A stretch of 64,000 bases of DNA, taken from Dehalococcoidia bacterium (lineage in GTDB: Bacteria > Chloroflexota > Dehalococcoidia > Lucifugimonadales > Australimonadaceae). Below are positions 1 through 8,158 of the stretch, piece by piece (the first letter of the stretch is position 1; each line of letters opens with the position of its first letter). The notes under the pieces are model-generated. The model searched no databases. It was not told the DNA's origin and saw only the letters and a program-made list of their open reading frames with translations. The DNA lies in contig CBDFJL010000003.1 in NCBI GenBank assembly GCA_965248495.1, positions 121,079 to 185,078 on the forward strand, written 5' to 3'. A program made the translations under genes and the position numbers.

Positions 1-510
1 CCCACGCTGTCCGCGGACGGCGGGTGGGAGCCATCGGTCGGCGTCGGAACCGCCAATGGTCAGCGCTTCGGCTGCCTCGGCGGCTTGCGCCACGTCGATG
101 TTCAGCGTCAATGGGTCGATATCGACGAAGACGGGGTGGGCACGCTCGTAAAGGATGACGTTGGCTGAGGCGACGAAGGAGAAAGGGCTTGTGATGACAA
201 GGTCGTTGTCGGCGACGCCCGCCGCGATGACCCCCATGTGCAACCCCGCGGTCCCGCTGGACACGGCGACGGCATGCCGTGTCCCGACGTACGCCGCGAA
301 CGCCTCCTCGAACGCCTGCACCCTTGGGCCGAGGCTGAGGGTCCCCGAACGAAGGACGCTCGCAACGGCATCGGCATCGGCCTCCTCCAAGTCAGGCCCG
401 CTCATTGGGACAGTCCACCCGGGGGGGATGGTCCGCCCGGGTGGCATGGTCCGCCCGGGCTTTGCCCCTTCCGCGTTGCCCAAAGAGCTCCGACGCTCGT
501 CATTCGTCAT
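1..510 (-). CDS. DegT/DnrJ/EryC1/StrS family PLP-dependent aminotransferase (5' part; runs off window start)
   Basis: Manual minus-strand translation: MTNDERRSS...VPMSGPDLEEADADAVASVLRSGTLSLGPRVQAFEEAFAAYVGTRHAVAVSSGTAGLHMGVIAAG...VITSPFSFVASANVILYERAHPVFVDID, the typical DegT N-terminus. Alternative in-frame ATGs at 447 and 405. Not in the ORF track because it is truncated. Confidence 0.88.
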   Translation of the reverse strand, partial: MTNDERRSSLGNAEGAKPGRTMPPGRTIPPGWTVPMSGPDLEEADADAVASVLRSGTLSLGPRVQAFEEAFAAYVGTRHAVAVSSGTAGLHMGVIAAGVADNDLVITSPFSFVASANVILYERAHPVFVDIDPLTLNIDVAQAAEAAEALTIGGSDADRWLPPAVRGQRG

Positions 511-645
511 CTCAAGGCCCCCCAGAGTCGCCCTCCAAGAGCCGCATTGTCTCACGGCGGTCGCTGAGTGTCGTTCGGCTTGGCGCCCCGACTTCGGGTG
601 CTCTCGCGTGGGCGCACCTGCGCGCGGGCGCCCTGCATGCGGTCG

Positions 646-675
646 TTGACACCGTGCCACGTTCGGGCTTACTGT
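646..675 (+). promoter_or_regulatory. Putative sigma70 promoter of Rieske gene R1
   Basis: TTGACA-N18-TACTGT about 60 nt upstream of the proposed start. Confidence 0.45.
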
Positions 676-737
676 TGGCACCAACTATCGGGGCGAATCG
701 ACCACGTTTACGCCCAATTGCCTACGAGGAGGGCCTC

Positions 738-2135
738 TTGTCTACGTTTACCGCTGGATCCCGTGGCCAACTGGACCATGATGCACCGCTGGGCGAGGTA
801 CCTGACCTCTCCGGCGACATTCGGCACCTGATTCCCAAGTACGGGCTGCGGAACTACTGGTACCCAGCCATCTCCGAGCACAAGGTGCCCAAGCGCCGGC
901 CGGTGCAGGTCTCCATGCTGGGCGAGGAGTTGGTCTTCTTCCGCGGCAAGGACGGCTCACCCAGGGCACTGCAGGACGTCTGCCCGCACCGGGGCGCACG
1001 CCTGTCCGAGGGACACTCCCACTGGAAGGGCCTCCTCACCTGCCCGTACCACGGGTGGACGTTCGACGAAGAAGGCAAGAACGTCATGATCCTGTCGGAG
1101 GGGCCGGAGTCGAAGGTGTGCGGTAAGTCCGGGACGGAGGCGTACGTCTACCCGACGCAGGTGCTGAAGGGTGTGGTGTTCGCCTGGATCGGCGACACGA
1201 AGCCGGCACCCATCGAGGAGGACGTACCGCCGGAGTTCTTCGACCCCAAGGCCTACGTCATGTGGAACGACCACGTTCACTGGCCGACGAACTGGCTGGT
1301 GGCGTTGGAGAACTCCATGGACTCCCACGTGGCCTACCTGCACCGCGACACCATCGGCGCGCTGCTGGGTTCCGACAACTTCGGCGCTCGTGGAGCCCAG
1401 GGCTACCGCCCGGTCTTCACCGGCAACGGCTTCAGGGCCGGCGGGCCGGCGCCTGGCGGTGGGACGATCGGCGCCAACGGCCAGCGGCTCGCACCCAAGG
1501 ACGACATCTACCCTGACGGTTACAAGTGGCCGAAGCACCACTACCGTAAGGTTTGGAACTGGCTATTCCTGATCCCGCTCTTCATCACGCGGGTACCCTC
1601 CCCGACGACGTACGACAACGAGTGGTGGGGCAACGGCCACCGTCTCCCCGGCTACTTCCGGGCCGGCGGGTTCCAATCTCCCGCGCGTGGGCTCAAGAAG
1701 ATGTTCGCCAAGACCGGCGCTGGGCTCGTGGGTATGTACACCCGCTGGCCGGTGGCGTTGGCCCCATGGAACACGCGCCTGTGGTACTTCCACTACTCGC
1801 GGCCGTCGAACCGGCTTCAGCGCTTGTACTTCAAGTTCATGTACAACACGTTTGGCCGCTGGGCGGCGGAGTACAACTTCTCCATCCAGGACGGTAGCAT
1901 GATGTTCAACCAGCGCTACGACTGGCCGGAGATGCTCTCCGGCCACGACTCCGAGGTCGTTCAGTGGCGACGGCTGATCGTTACCAAGGCCACCGGCGGT
2001 CGCTATGCCGCCTTTGGGCGGGACGTCGAAAAGGAGAGCATCGAGCTCGACGAGTCGTCGGTGCCGACGATGCCTGCGCCTGGCCTGAGCTTCGGCCGCC
2101 ACGCCGTTAGTGGCGAGTCCTCCGCTGCTGGCTAG
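738..2135 (+). CDS. Rieske non-heme iron oxygenase R1
   Basis: CPH-X17-CPYH Rieske motif, GLRNYWYP, ENSMDSHVAYLH Fe site, FSIQD. TTG start at 738 follows GAGGAGGG, so the 405 start is an over-extension. Confidence 0.92.
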   Translation: MSTFTAGSRGQLDHDAPLGEVPDLSGDIRHLIPKYGLRNYWYPAISEHKVPKRRPVQVSMLGEELVFFRGKDGSPRALQDVCPHRGARLSEGHSHWKGLLTCPYHGWTFDEEGKNVMILSEGPESKVCGKSGTEAYVYPTQVLKGVVFAWIGDTKPAPIEEDVPPEFFDPKAYVMWNDHVHWPTNWLVALENSMDSHVAYLHRDTIGALLGSDNFGARGAQGYRPVFTGNGFRAGGPAPGGGTIGANGQRLAPKDDIYPDGYKWPKHHYRKVWNWLFLIPLFITRVPSPTTYDNEWWGNGHRLPGYFRAGGFQSPARGLKKMFAKTGAGLVGMYTRWPVALAPWNTRLWYFHYSRPSNRLQRLYFKFMYNTFGRWAAEYNFSIQDGSMMFNQRYDWPEMLSGHDSEVVQWRRLIVTKATGGRYAAFGRDVEKESIELDESSVPTMPAPGLSFGRHAVSGESSAAG

Positions 2136-2161
2136 GCAAGCGCTTCTCCAATCGCGTAAGC

Positions 2162-2191
2162 AGAGGGCCCTGGCAAATGCCAGGGCCCTCT
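2162..2191 (+). terminator. Perfect hairpin after R1 (terminator or stabilising stem)
   Basis: agagggccctggca-aa-tgccagggccctct; only a weak U tract follows. Confidence 0.6.
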
Positions 2192-2281
2192 TATCGTCGG
2201 CACGCGGACGGCGTGCCGGACGGTGAGCTGCGCTTCGTAGGCCTCCACCGAACCCAGGCTCAAAAAGAAGGGGACGCGGCC

Positions 2282-2740
2282 ATGAGCAGACTCGATCGAA
2301 CGGTGCTCGATTACTTCGATCAAGAGTATCCGGGGCAGTACGACCACGAGGAGAACACTGTCACGCAGGAGATCGGCGAAGGCGAGATACAGGCGACGCT
2401 GGCCTGGTTCGACGAGGGCGAGCCGGCGTTGATCATCGTCTACGCTCATCTGGCGGACGTGCCCGCCCTCAGCGACTCACAGCAGCCTTTGGCGATTCGG
2501 CTGGCCAACGTGCTGAACGCCGACATATTGGTGGGCGCCTGCCGCGTCGGGGAGGACGGCGAGGTCATGGTGCGCCACAGTTACTACGTGGCGGACGGCA
2601 CACTCGGCTTCGATCAGATCGCGGCCAACTATTCAGGGCCCGTGAACGACGCAATCCGGTTCTACCCGGCATTCCTCGCGATCGCGGGCGGCGCGGATTT
2701 CGAAGCCGCGTTGGGCGCGGTCCTCCCCGACGAGGACTAG
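2282..2740 (+). CDS. YbjN-like (T3SS-chaperone fold) protein
   Basis: About 150 aa, acidic; LANVLNADILVGACRVGEDGEVMVRHS resembles the YbjN 'N.lN....g.f..d.dg.v' pattern. ATG at 2282 follows AAGGGGA. Confidence 0.6.
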   Translation: MSRLDRTVLDYFDQEYPGQYDHEENTVTQEIGEGEIQATLAWFDEGEPALIIVYAHLADVPALSDSQQPLAIRLANVLNADILVGACRVGEDGEVMVRHSYYVADGTLGFDQIAANYSGPVNDAIRFYPAFLAIAGGADFEAALGAVLPDED

Positions 2741-2758
2741 GCTGCTCGAACTCTGGGG

Positions 2759-3316
2759 CTAGGCCCTCAGCGCGGCCAGGTGCTCCTTGCGGAGCTTGGC
2801 CACCTTGGGTGCGATGATGACCTGGCAGTAGCCCTGGCCCGGATTCTTCCGGAAGTACTGCTGGTGGTACTCCTCGGCCGGGTAGAAGAGTGTCAGCGGC
2901 GCCAGCTCGGTAACCACCGGGTCTGGCCAAGTCCCGGCCCGCGCCAGATCGGCCACGGCCTGCTCCGCGATCCCGCGCTGCTCTTCGGTGTGCCAGAAGA
3001 TAGCCGAGCGGTATTGAGGGCCAGCGTCGGGTCCCTGCCGGTCGAGCGTCGTCGGGTCGTGCATCACAAAGAAGAGATCGAGGATGTCTCGGTAGGACAC
3101 GACGGCGGGGTCAAAGGTCAGTTGGACAGCCTCGGCATGGCCCGTCGTGCCGGTGCACACCTGTTGATAGGTCGGGTTGGCCTGCTGGCCGCCCGTGTAG
3201 CCGGACACGATGCGCTCCACCCCTTTGACCTGCTCGAACACCGCCTCCAGACACCAGAAGCACCCTCCGGCCAACGTGGCGACTTCCCGGTCTGACAGTT
3301 GCTGATCTGCTTGCAT
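2759..3316 (-). CDS. msrA: Peptide methionine sulfoxide reductase MsrA
   Basis: GGCFWC, GTTGHAEAVQ, HDPTTLDRQGPD, QYRSAIF, FYPAEEYHQQY. Confidence 0.97.
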   Translation of the reverse strand: MQADQQLSDREVATLAGGCFWCLEAVFEQVKGVERIVSGYTGGQQANPTYQQVCTGTTGHAEAVQLTFDPAVVSYRDILDLFFVMHDPTTLDRQGPDAGPQYRSAIFWHTEEQRGIAEQAVADLARAGTWPDPVVTELAPLTLFYPAEEYHQQYFRKNPGQGYCQVIIAPKVAKLRKEHLAALRA

Positions 3317-3436
3317 AGAGGCCTCCTAACGTGACGTTAGCACCCTCGTGCCCACCCCCAACAGGGGGCATGGGCTCGGAGCCCAGGGCAAGCCACGCTA
3401 TACTCCGTTTGAAACATCTACGACTGGGAGCTCCCG

Positions 3437-3574
3437 ATGGCCCGTTTCAAGAAGCCGAAGAAAGAGAAGAAGCCCGAAACCACCGAAGAGTTCGTTGCGC
3501 GCGTCAGCAAGCAAGACGTTAAGCGGAGCGGGCTGAGAATTCGCCTCGGCTTCGCCAACCACGGCCGCCGCTAG
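3437..3574 (+). CDS. Small basic 45-aa protein (below ORF-track cutoff)
   Basis: MARFKKPKKEKKPETTEEFVARVSKQDVKRSGLRIRLGFANHGRR*; GGGAG RBS and TATACT -10 (3399-3404) upstream. Confidence 0.6.
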   Translation: MARFKKPKKEKKPETTEEFVARVSKQDVKRSGLRIRLGFANHGRR

Positions 3575-3655
3575 GCTGCCTCGTCAGGCCGGCGCGGCCG
3601 GGCATTAGCCAACTCCCGCCTGCGCGCTCGCGCCAGCACCCCGTCTCGGCGCGGC

Positions 3656-6409
3656 CTATGCAGCCCATCGCCGGCGAGGACCGCTTCGCGCCTTCAGGTT
3701 CGCCGCGTCGTCCCGCTGCGCAGCATCGACCACGCCCCCTACCACGTTGAGGAGATGCCCCGGCTCGAAGGGCTTCGAGATGACCTTGCGTGCCGTGCGC
3801 TTCAAGAACGCGCGCGTGTCGCCGCTTACCGAGTCGCCGGTGAGGAACACGACGTTGGAGGCCAAGGTCTCGTCGAGGCTTTTCAGCGCTTCGTAGAACT
3901 CGCGGCCGGACATGTCGGGCATCTTGATGTCGAGCAGGATGACGTCGTGCTTCGCCGTCTTGGCGAGCCTCAACCCCTCAGCGGGGGTCTCGCTCAACAC
4001 GACGTGGTAGCCAACGCCGCTCAGCAGCTCATGGAGCAGCTCCCGAACGTAGCGCTCATCGTCCACGACGAGCACCGTGCCACGGGAAACGGGAGAAGCA
4101 GGCAACGACAGGCCCGCTTCCGCTCCGGTCTCCAGAGCCGCTGCTGGGAACTCAAGCTTGAAGGTTGTCCCCCTGCCCAGCTTGGTGTCGAAGACGATGG
4201 TCCCGCCGTACGACCGGACGATGCCGTGGCAAATCGAGAGGCCAAGGCCCGTGCCCTTACCGATCTCCTTCGTGGTCACGAACGGGTCGAAGGCCCGCCG
4301 CGACACGCTTTGCGGCATCCCTGGACCGTCGTCGCTCACCGTGATCCGGACTCCGCGGCGGACCTGCTTCGTGGCCACGGTGACCGTGCTGCCTTGACCG
4401 GACCCCACCATCGCATCGACGGCATTGTTCATGAGGTTCAGCAGCACCGACTGGAGCTCCCCGTGGTCGGCCTCGATCGAGGGGTTGGACGCATCCAGGT
4501 CGACCTTCAGGGCGTAACCACTGTGCTTCAGGGTGTAGGAGCGCAGCTCCACCGTTTCGGCAACCGCGTCATTGACCGCCACACGTGTGCGGACGCCCTC
4601 GTCCTTACGCGCGAACCGCAGCAGGTTGTGGACGATCTGCGCGGCGCGCTGCGCCTCCTGAGCCACGAGCTCAGCGTGCCGCCGCCGCTTGCTCGGCACG
4701 GTGTCCTCCAACAGCAGCGTCGAGAACCCGACGACCGACGTGAGCGGATTGTTGAGCTCGTGAGCGACCCCCGCGACCAGCTCGCCCAGCGCCGAGAGCT
4801 TCTCGGTCTGGACCAGTACCTCCTGGGCCATGCGAAGGTCTCCCAGCGCCTTGACGGCGCGCCGCTCGCTGCGTTTCAGCGCCTTCTCAGCGGCCTTCCG
4901 CTTGTCGATGTCAACGGACAGCTGCCGGTTGAGCTCGGCAAGCTCCCGCGTGCGGACGTGCTCCGCGGCGGCCAACCGTCCGTTCTCGATGACGGCCCCG
5001 ACGCTGCCGACCACCGCCGTCAGCATGCGGACCCGGTCCGGTGGAAACGTGTCTTCGTTAACCGATGCGAGGTTGACGACCCCGAGCACGTGGTCGCCCG
5101 AGATGATGGGGACCGCCACGAGCGAGCGCACGCCCGCCTGGACCAGCTGGTCGGTGCGCGCTGGGTGGTTCGGGTAATCGTTGGCCACGATGACGTGTCC
5201 TTCGTGAAAGGCCGTGAATGAGACGCCGGAGCCCGGGGGGAGCCTACCTCCCGGCGGGCCCTCCGTGACCACGTCGCCCACCAAGGCGACAAGGTTGAGC
5301 GTTTTGCCATCCTCCTCCGGCACGTAGACGGCGGCGCGGTCCGCATGGCCGACCCGGACCAGCTCCTCGAGCATCTGCGTGGCCTTGGTCCGGAAGTCCA
5401 CCGGCTGCACGAGGATGTTGGCGATGTTGAAGGTCGCCTCCAATTCGCTGGAGCGCGAGCGCTCCAGCTCCTGAAGGCGAGCGTTGTCCATGAGCGAACC
5501 GACGGCGTCGACCATCCCTTCCAGCAACTGCACCCGCTGCGGCGTGAAGTGGCCCGACTCAACTGACGGTGTCGTGACGACGCCCACGGTGCGGTCGTTG
5601 ACGATGATCGGCAGGCTCACGGTCGACCCAAAATGCCCGCCCTTGACTATCACGGGTATGGCCCGCGGCTCGGATGCGTAGTCGTCGGAGAGCACCGTCT
5701 CGCCATCCCGGTATGCAGCGCCGGTGATGCCCTGGTCAAAGTCGATGCGGCTTACCGCTGAGAGAGACCGCTTGCCATCGTTGACGGTTGCGAGGGGCAC
5801 GAGCCGCTGGGCCTGCGGCTCTGGGATCCAAAGGCTTGCGTACTCCGAACCGACCATGTTGCAAACCTCGAAGAGGAGCTTGTGCGCCTTCTCGTCGAAG
5901 CTGCCGTCCTCGACCAGAGTGCGCGCGGTGGTGAAGAAGGCCTCCAGCTCATGCGAGCGGGCGCGCTCGACCTCCTCCAGCCGGTGCCGTTCGGTCACGT
6001 CGCGGACGACCGCCAGGGATGCAGGTTTGCCCTGGAAAGTGGTTGGTCTCGCTCGGACATGCACATGCCCAACGGTGCCGTCCAACCGACGCACACGGAA
6101 CTCATACTCCGGAGGCACCGGCTCCCCACGTTGGCGGGCCAGGGCACGCGCCTGGACCATTGGCCGGTCCTCTGGCAGCACGCTCGCGAACGGGCCGTTA
6201 TCGGCAACCCGCGAGGGGTCGTACCCGGTGATCTCGCGAAACGCGTCGTTGGCGAGGGCAACAGTCGAGCCTGACAATACGACCATGCCTTCGGGCATGT
6301 CCGCTATCAGCGAGCGCAGGTCGGATTCCGACTGGGAGTCGCCCAGCGACGCCGGGGCCGTACGTGCCCCCGGCTCCGCACCCTGCTTCCTCTTCGTCGA
6401 CTTCGGCAT
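3656..6409 (-). CDS. Hybrid sensor histidine kinase (PAS-GAF-GAF-HisKA-HATPase-REC)
   Basis: EKLSALGELVAGVAHELNNPL H-box, NLMNNA, DDGPG, PFVTTKEIGKGTGLGL, C-terminal VLVVDDE...LLDIKMPDMSG...KPF. Soluble, no TM segment. Confidence 0.95.
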   Translation of the reverse strand: MPKSTKRKQGAEPGARTAPASLGDSQSESDLRSLIADMPEGMVVLSGSTVALANDAFREITGYDPSRVADNGPFASVLPEDRPMVQARALARQRGEPVPPEYEFRVRRLDGTVGHVHVRARPTTFQGKPASLAVVRDVTERHRLEEVERARSHELEAFFTTARTLVEDGSFDEKAHKLLFEVCNMVGSEYASLWIPEPQAQRLVPLATVNDGKRSLSAVSRIDFDQGITGAAYRDGETVLSDDYASEPRAIPVIVKGGHFGSTVSLPIIVNDRTVGVVTTPSVESGHFTPQRVQLLEGMVDAVGSLMDNARLQELERSRSSELEATFNIANILVQPVDFRTKATQMLEELVRVGHADRAAVYVPEEDGKTLNLVALVGDVVTEGPPGGRLPPGSGVSFTAFHEGHVIVANDYPNHPARTDQLVQAGVRSLVAVPIISGDHVLGVVNLASVNEDTFPPDRVRMLTAVVGSVGAVIENGRLAAAEHVRTRELAELNRQLSVDIDKRKAAEKALKRSERRAVKALGDLRMAQEVLVQTEKLSALGELVAGVAHELNNPLTSVVGFSTLLLEDTVPSKRRRHAELVAQEAQRAAQIVHNLLRFARKDEGVRTRVAVNDAVAETVELRSYTLKHSGYALKVDLDASNPSIEADHGELQSVLLNLMNNAVDAMVGSGQGSTVTVATKQVRRGVRITVSDDGPGMPQSVSRRAFDPFVTTKEIGKGTGLGLSICHGIVRSYGGTIVFDTKLGRGTTFKLEFPAAALETGAEAGLSLPASPVSRGTVLVVDDERYVRELLHELLSGVGYHVVLSETPAEGLRLAKTAKHDVILLDIKMPDMSGREFYEALKSLDETLASNVVFLTGDSVSGDTRAFLKRTARKVISKPFEPGHLLNVVGGVVDAAQRDDAANLKARSGPRRRWAA

Positions 6410-6894
6410 ACCTGCCCCTCGGACCCGCGGCTCGTCTCGCCGCCATCCCCGTTCGCTGGTCCCCCTGGGCACCGTCCTAGCGACCGATGGCGTCGTGGGT
6501 CTCGACCCGCTTTCCTAAGGATATGAAAGGCGTGAAGGACTGACACCGGACGAAGGTAGCCAACGCAGTCGAAGACCCGGCATGCGAGTCGCTCGAGCGT
6601 GGACGCGGATTGGGAGCATGCCTGATGGTGCCGCAGGCCGAGTCAGCGTAGTGCTGAAAGGTCCTCAGTGGGGTTGCCGCCGACCACCAGGGTGTCAGCG
6701 GGGCGCCCGGACACCAATCTGCCGTCGCGTCCCCAACGGCTATCGACTCCACGGCCTGGCTGGTGCCCGTCAGCAAAGCCTCGGCGTTGGACAGGCCCGC
6801 GCGGCCGAAAGCACGGGCCTCCTACACGAACTCGTCCGGAGGGCAGCCGAGACGGCCCCGCATGCGCAAGGGATTGGCGACGCGGAGGAGAGCG

Positions 6895-7257
6895 CTAGCC
6901 CAGGATGCTCTCAGCCGCGGCAATGAGCGTGGCGAGCTCGAAGGGCTTCATCAGGTAGCCGTCGACCATGACGGGAGGTCCGCTGCCGAGGGACTCAGGC
7001 GTGAGCGCCGTGGTCAGAATGATGGGGATCCCTCTGGTCTCCGCGTCCTTCTTGAGCTGGCGGCAGACCTCGAAGCCGCTCATACCGGGCAGCACCACGT
7101 CCAAGAACATCAGGTCGGGGCGCTCGGCGCGGGCCAGCTCCAGTCCCCGCGGCCCGTCGTGCGCGACCAAGAACCGCAGCGACTCGCGTGGGCCGAGCGT
7201 CAACTGTATGAGCTCAGCAATCGCCGGCTCGTCATCCACCACCAGGATTGTCTGCAC
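6895..7257 (-). CDS. Single-domain response regulator (REC)
   Basis: ILVVDDE, DVVLPGMSGFEVC, IILTTA, YLMKPF. Confidence 0.92.
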   Translation of the reverse strand: MQTILVVDDEPAIAELIQLTLGPRESLRFLVAHDGPRGLELARAERPDLMFLDVVLPGMSGFEVCRQLKKDAETRGIPIILTTALTPESLGSGPPVMVDGYLMKPFELATLIAAAESILG

Positions 7258-7372
7258 AGCGCACCTCTTTTTTCAGGGTAGGCGCCCCGAGGAGGTATGC
7301 CATCGGTGCTCGCATGCAGGGGGCAGGGGGGAGGGGGAGGGGAGTTGGTGGCGGGCCCAGGCCCCAGTACCG

Positions 7373-7603
7373 TCAGTCGGCGGCGCTCAGGGACGCGGCC
7401 AACAGGCCGAGATAGTAGCCGTCATGCGGCGGTGCCGGACGATGGCGCACGGGATACGGCCAACAGGCCGAGATAGTAGCGTCATGCGGCGGTGCCGGAC
7501 GACGGCGCACGGGATACGGCCAACAGGCCGAGATAGTAGCGTCATGCGGCGGTGCCGGACGACGGCGCACGGGATACGGCCAACAGGCCGAGATAGTAGC
7601 CGT
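7373..7603. repeat. About 60-bp tandem repeat (3 full units plus 1 variant) of the aroQ-like 3' end
   Basis: Core cggccaacaggccgagatagtagc at 7396, 7457, 7517 and 7577; the intervening 36-37 bp are near-identical. Confidence 0.95.
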
Positions 7604-7982
7604 GGACGCCAAAGCCCGCGATGACGCCCTTGCAGGCGCTCGCGACCTCGGAGGTGCCGCCGCGGCTGGCGGGGTTGGACATGTGCAGCTCATACACCGG
7701 GAGGTCGATGGTCCTGATGGCCTCGACCAACAACGGGTGTCCCGCCATGTAGCCCCCTGGGTTGATGAGTACCCCATCGGTGCCGGCGTCGGAGGCCTCC
7801 TGAAGTTTGCCAATCACCTCGCTCTCGACGTTGGAGTGGAACGTTTCGACGTCGACTCCAAGCTCTGCCGCGTACCGGCGGATGGCCTCGTCGTACTGGT
7901 CGAGCGTCATGGGCCCGAACAGCTCGACGTTCGTCTTGCCCCGCATCTCCATGCCAGCCCCGTGGATGACGAGAACTTTCAT
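7542..7982 (-). CDS. Divergent type II 3-dehydroquinate dehydratase-like protein
   Basis: MKVLVIHGAGMEMRG...FGPMTL, FHSNVESEVI, LINPGG, ELHMSNPASR, GVIAGFGVHGYYLGL follow the AroQ layout, but catalytic motifs are altered. Confidence 0.8.
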   Translation of the reverse strand: MKVLVIHGAGMEMRGKTNVELFGPMTLDQYDEAIRRYAAELGVDVETFHSNVESEVIGKLQEASDAGTDGVLINPGGYMAGHPLLVEAIRTIDLPVYELHMSNPASRGGTSEVASACKGVIAGFGVHGYYLGLLAVSRAPSSGTAA

Positions 7983-8101
7983 TGAGGAACCCTCCCTTGG
8001 GCACCCTCCATGGGGCACCCCTTCGTGGGGCCGCTCCGCCGCGCTCTGCCACTCGGGGGATTCTATAGGCGCGGCGCACCCGTGCGCGGTCATGCGCGGA
8101 T

Positions 8102-8130
8102 TTGACGCACCGCTCCGCTGCCCATACAGT
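8102..8130 (+). promoter_or_regulatory. Putative sigma70 promoter
   Basis: TTGACG-N17-TACAGT upstream of GGGAGG RBS and ATG 8159. Confidence 0.5.
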
Positions 8131-8158
8131 CGCGGTTGAGCTTGGTGGGAGGATAGCC

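Noticed and set aside
155-649. Plus-strand 164-aa ORF
   Set aside because: Antisense shadow of the DegT-family gene.
2759-3316. MsrA as a second selenoprotein
   Set aside because: The active site is GGCFWC with ordinary Cys codons and no in-frame UGA.
6477-6894. ORFs or ncRNA between the response regulator and the kinase
   Set aside because: No convincing RBS, motif or stable structure found by eye.
7396-7600. CRISPR-like spacing: 24-bp partly palindromic repeat (cggcc-aaca-ggccg) with 36-37-bp gaps
   Set aside because: The spacers are near-identical, the repeat is the coding 3' end of the aroQ-like gene, and there are no cas genes. It is a tandem duplication.
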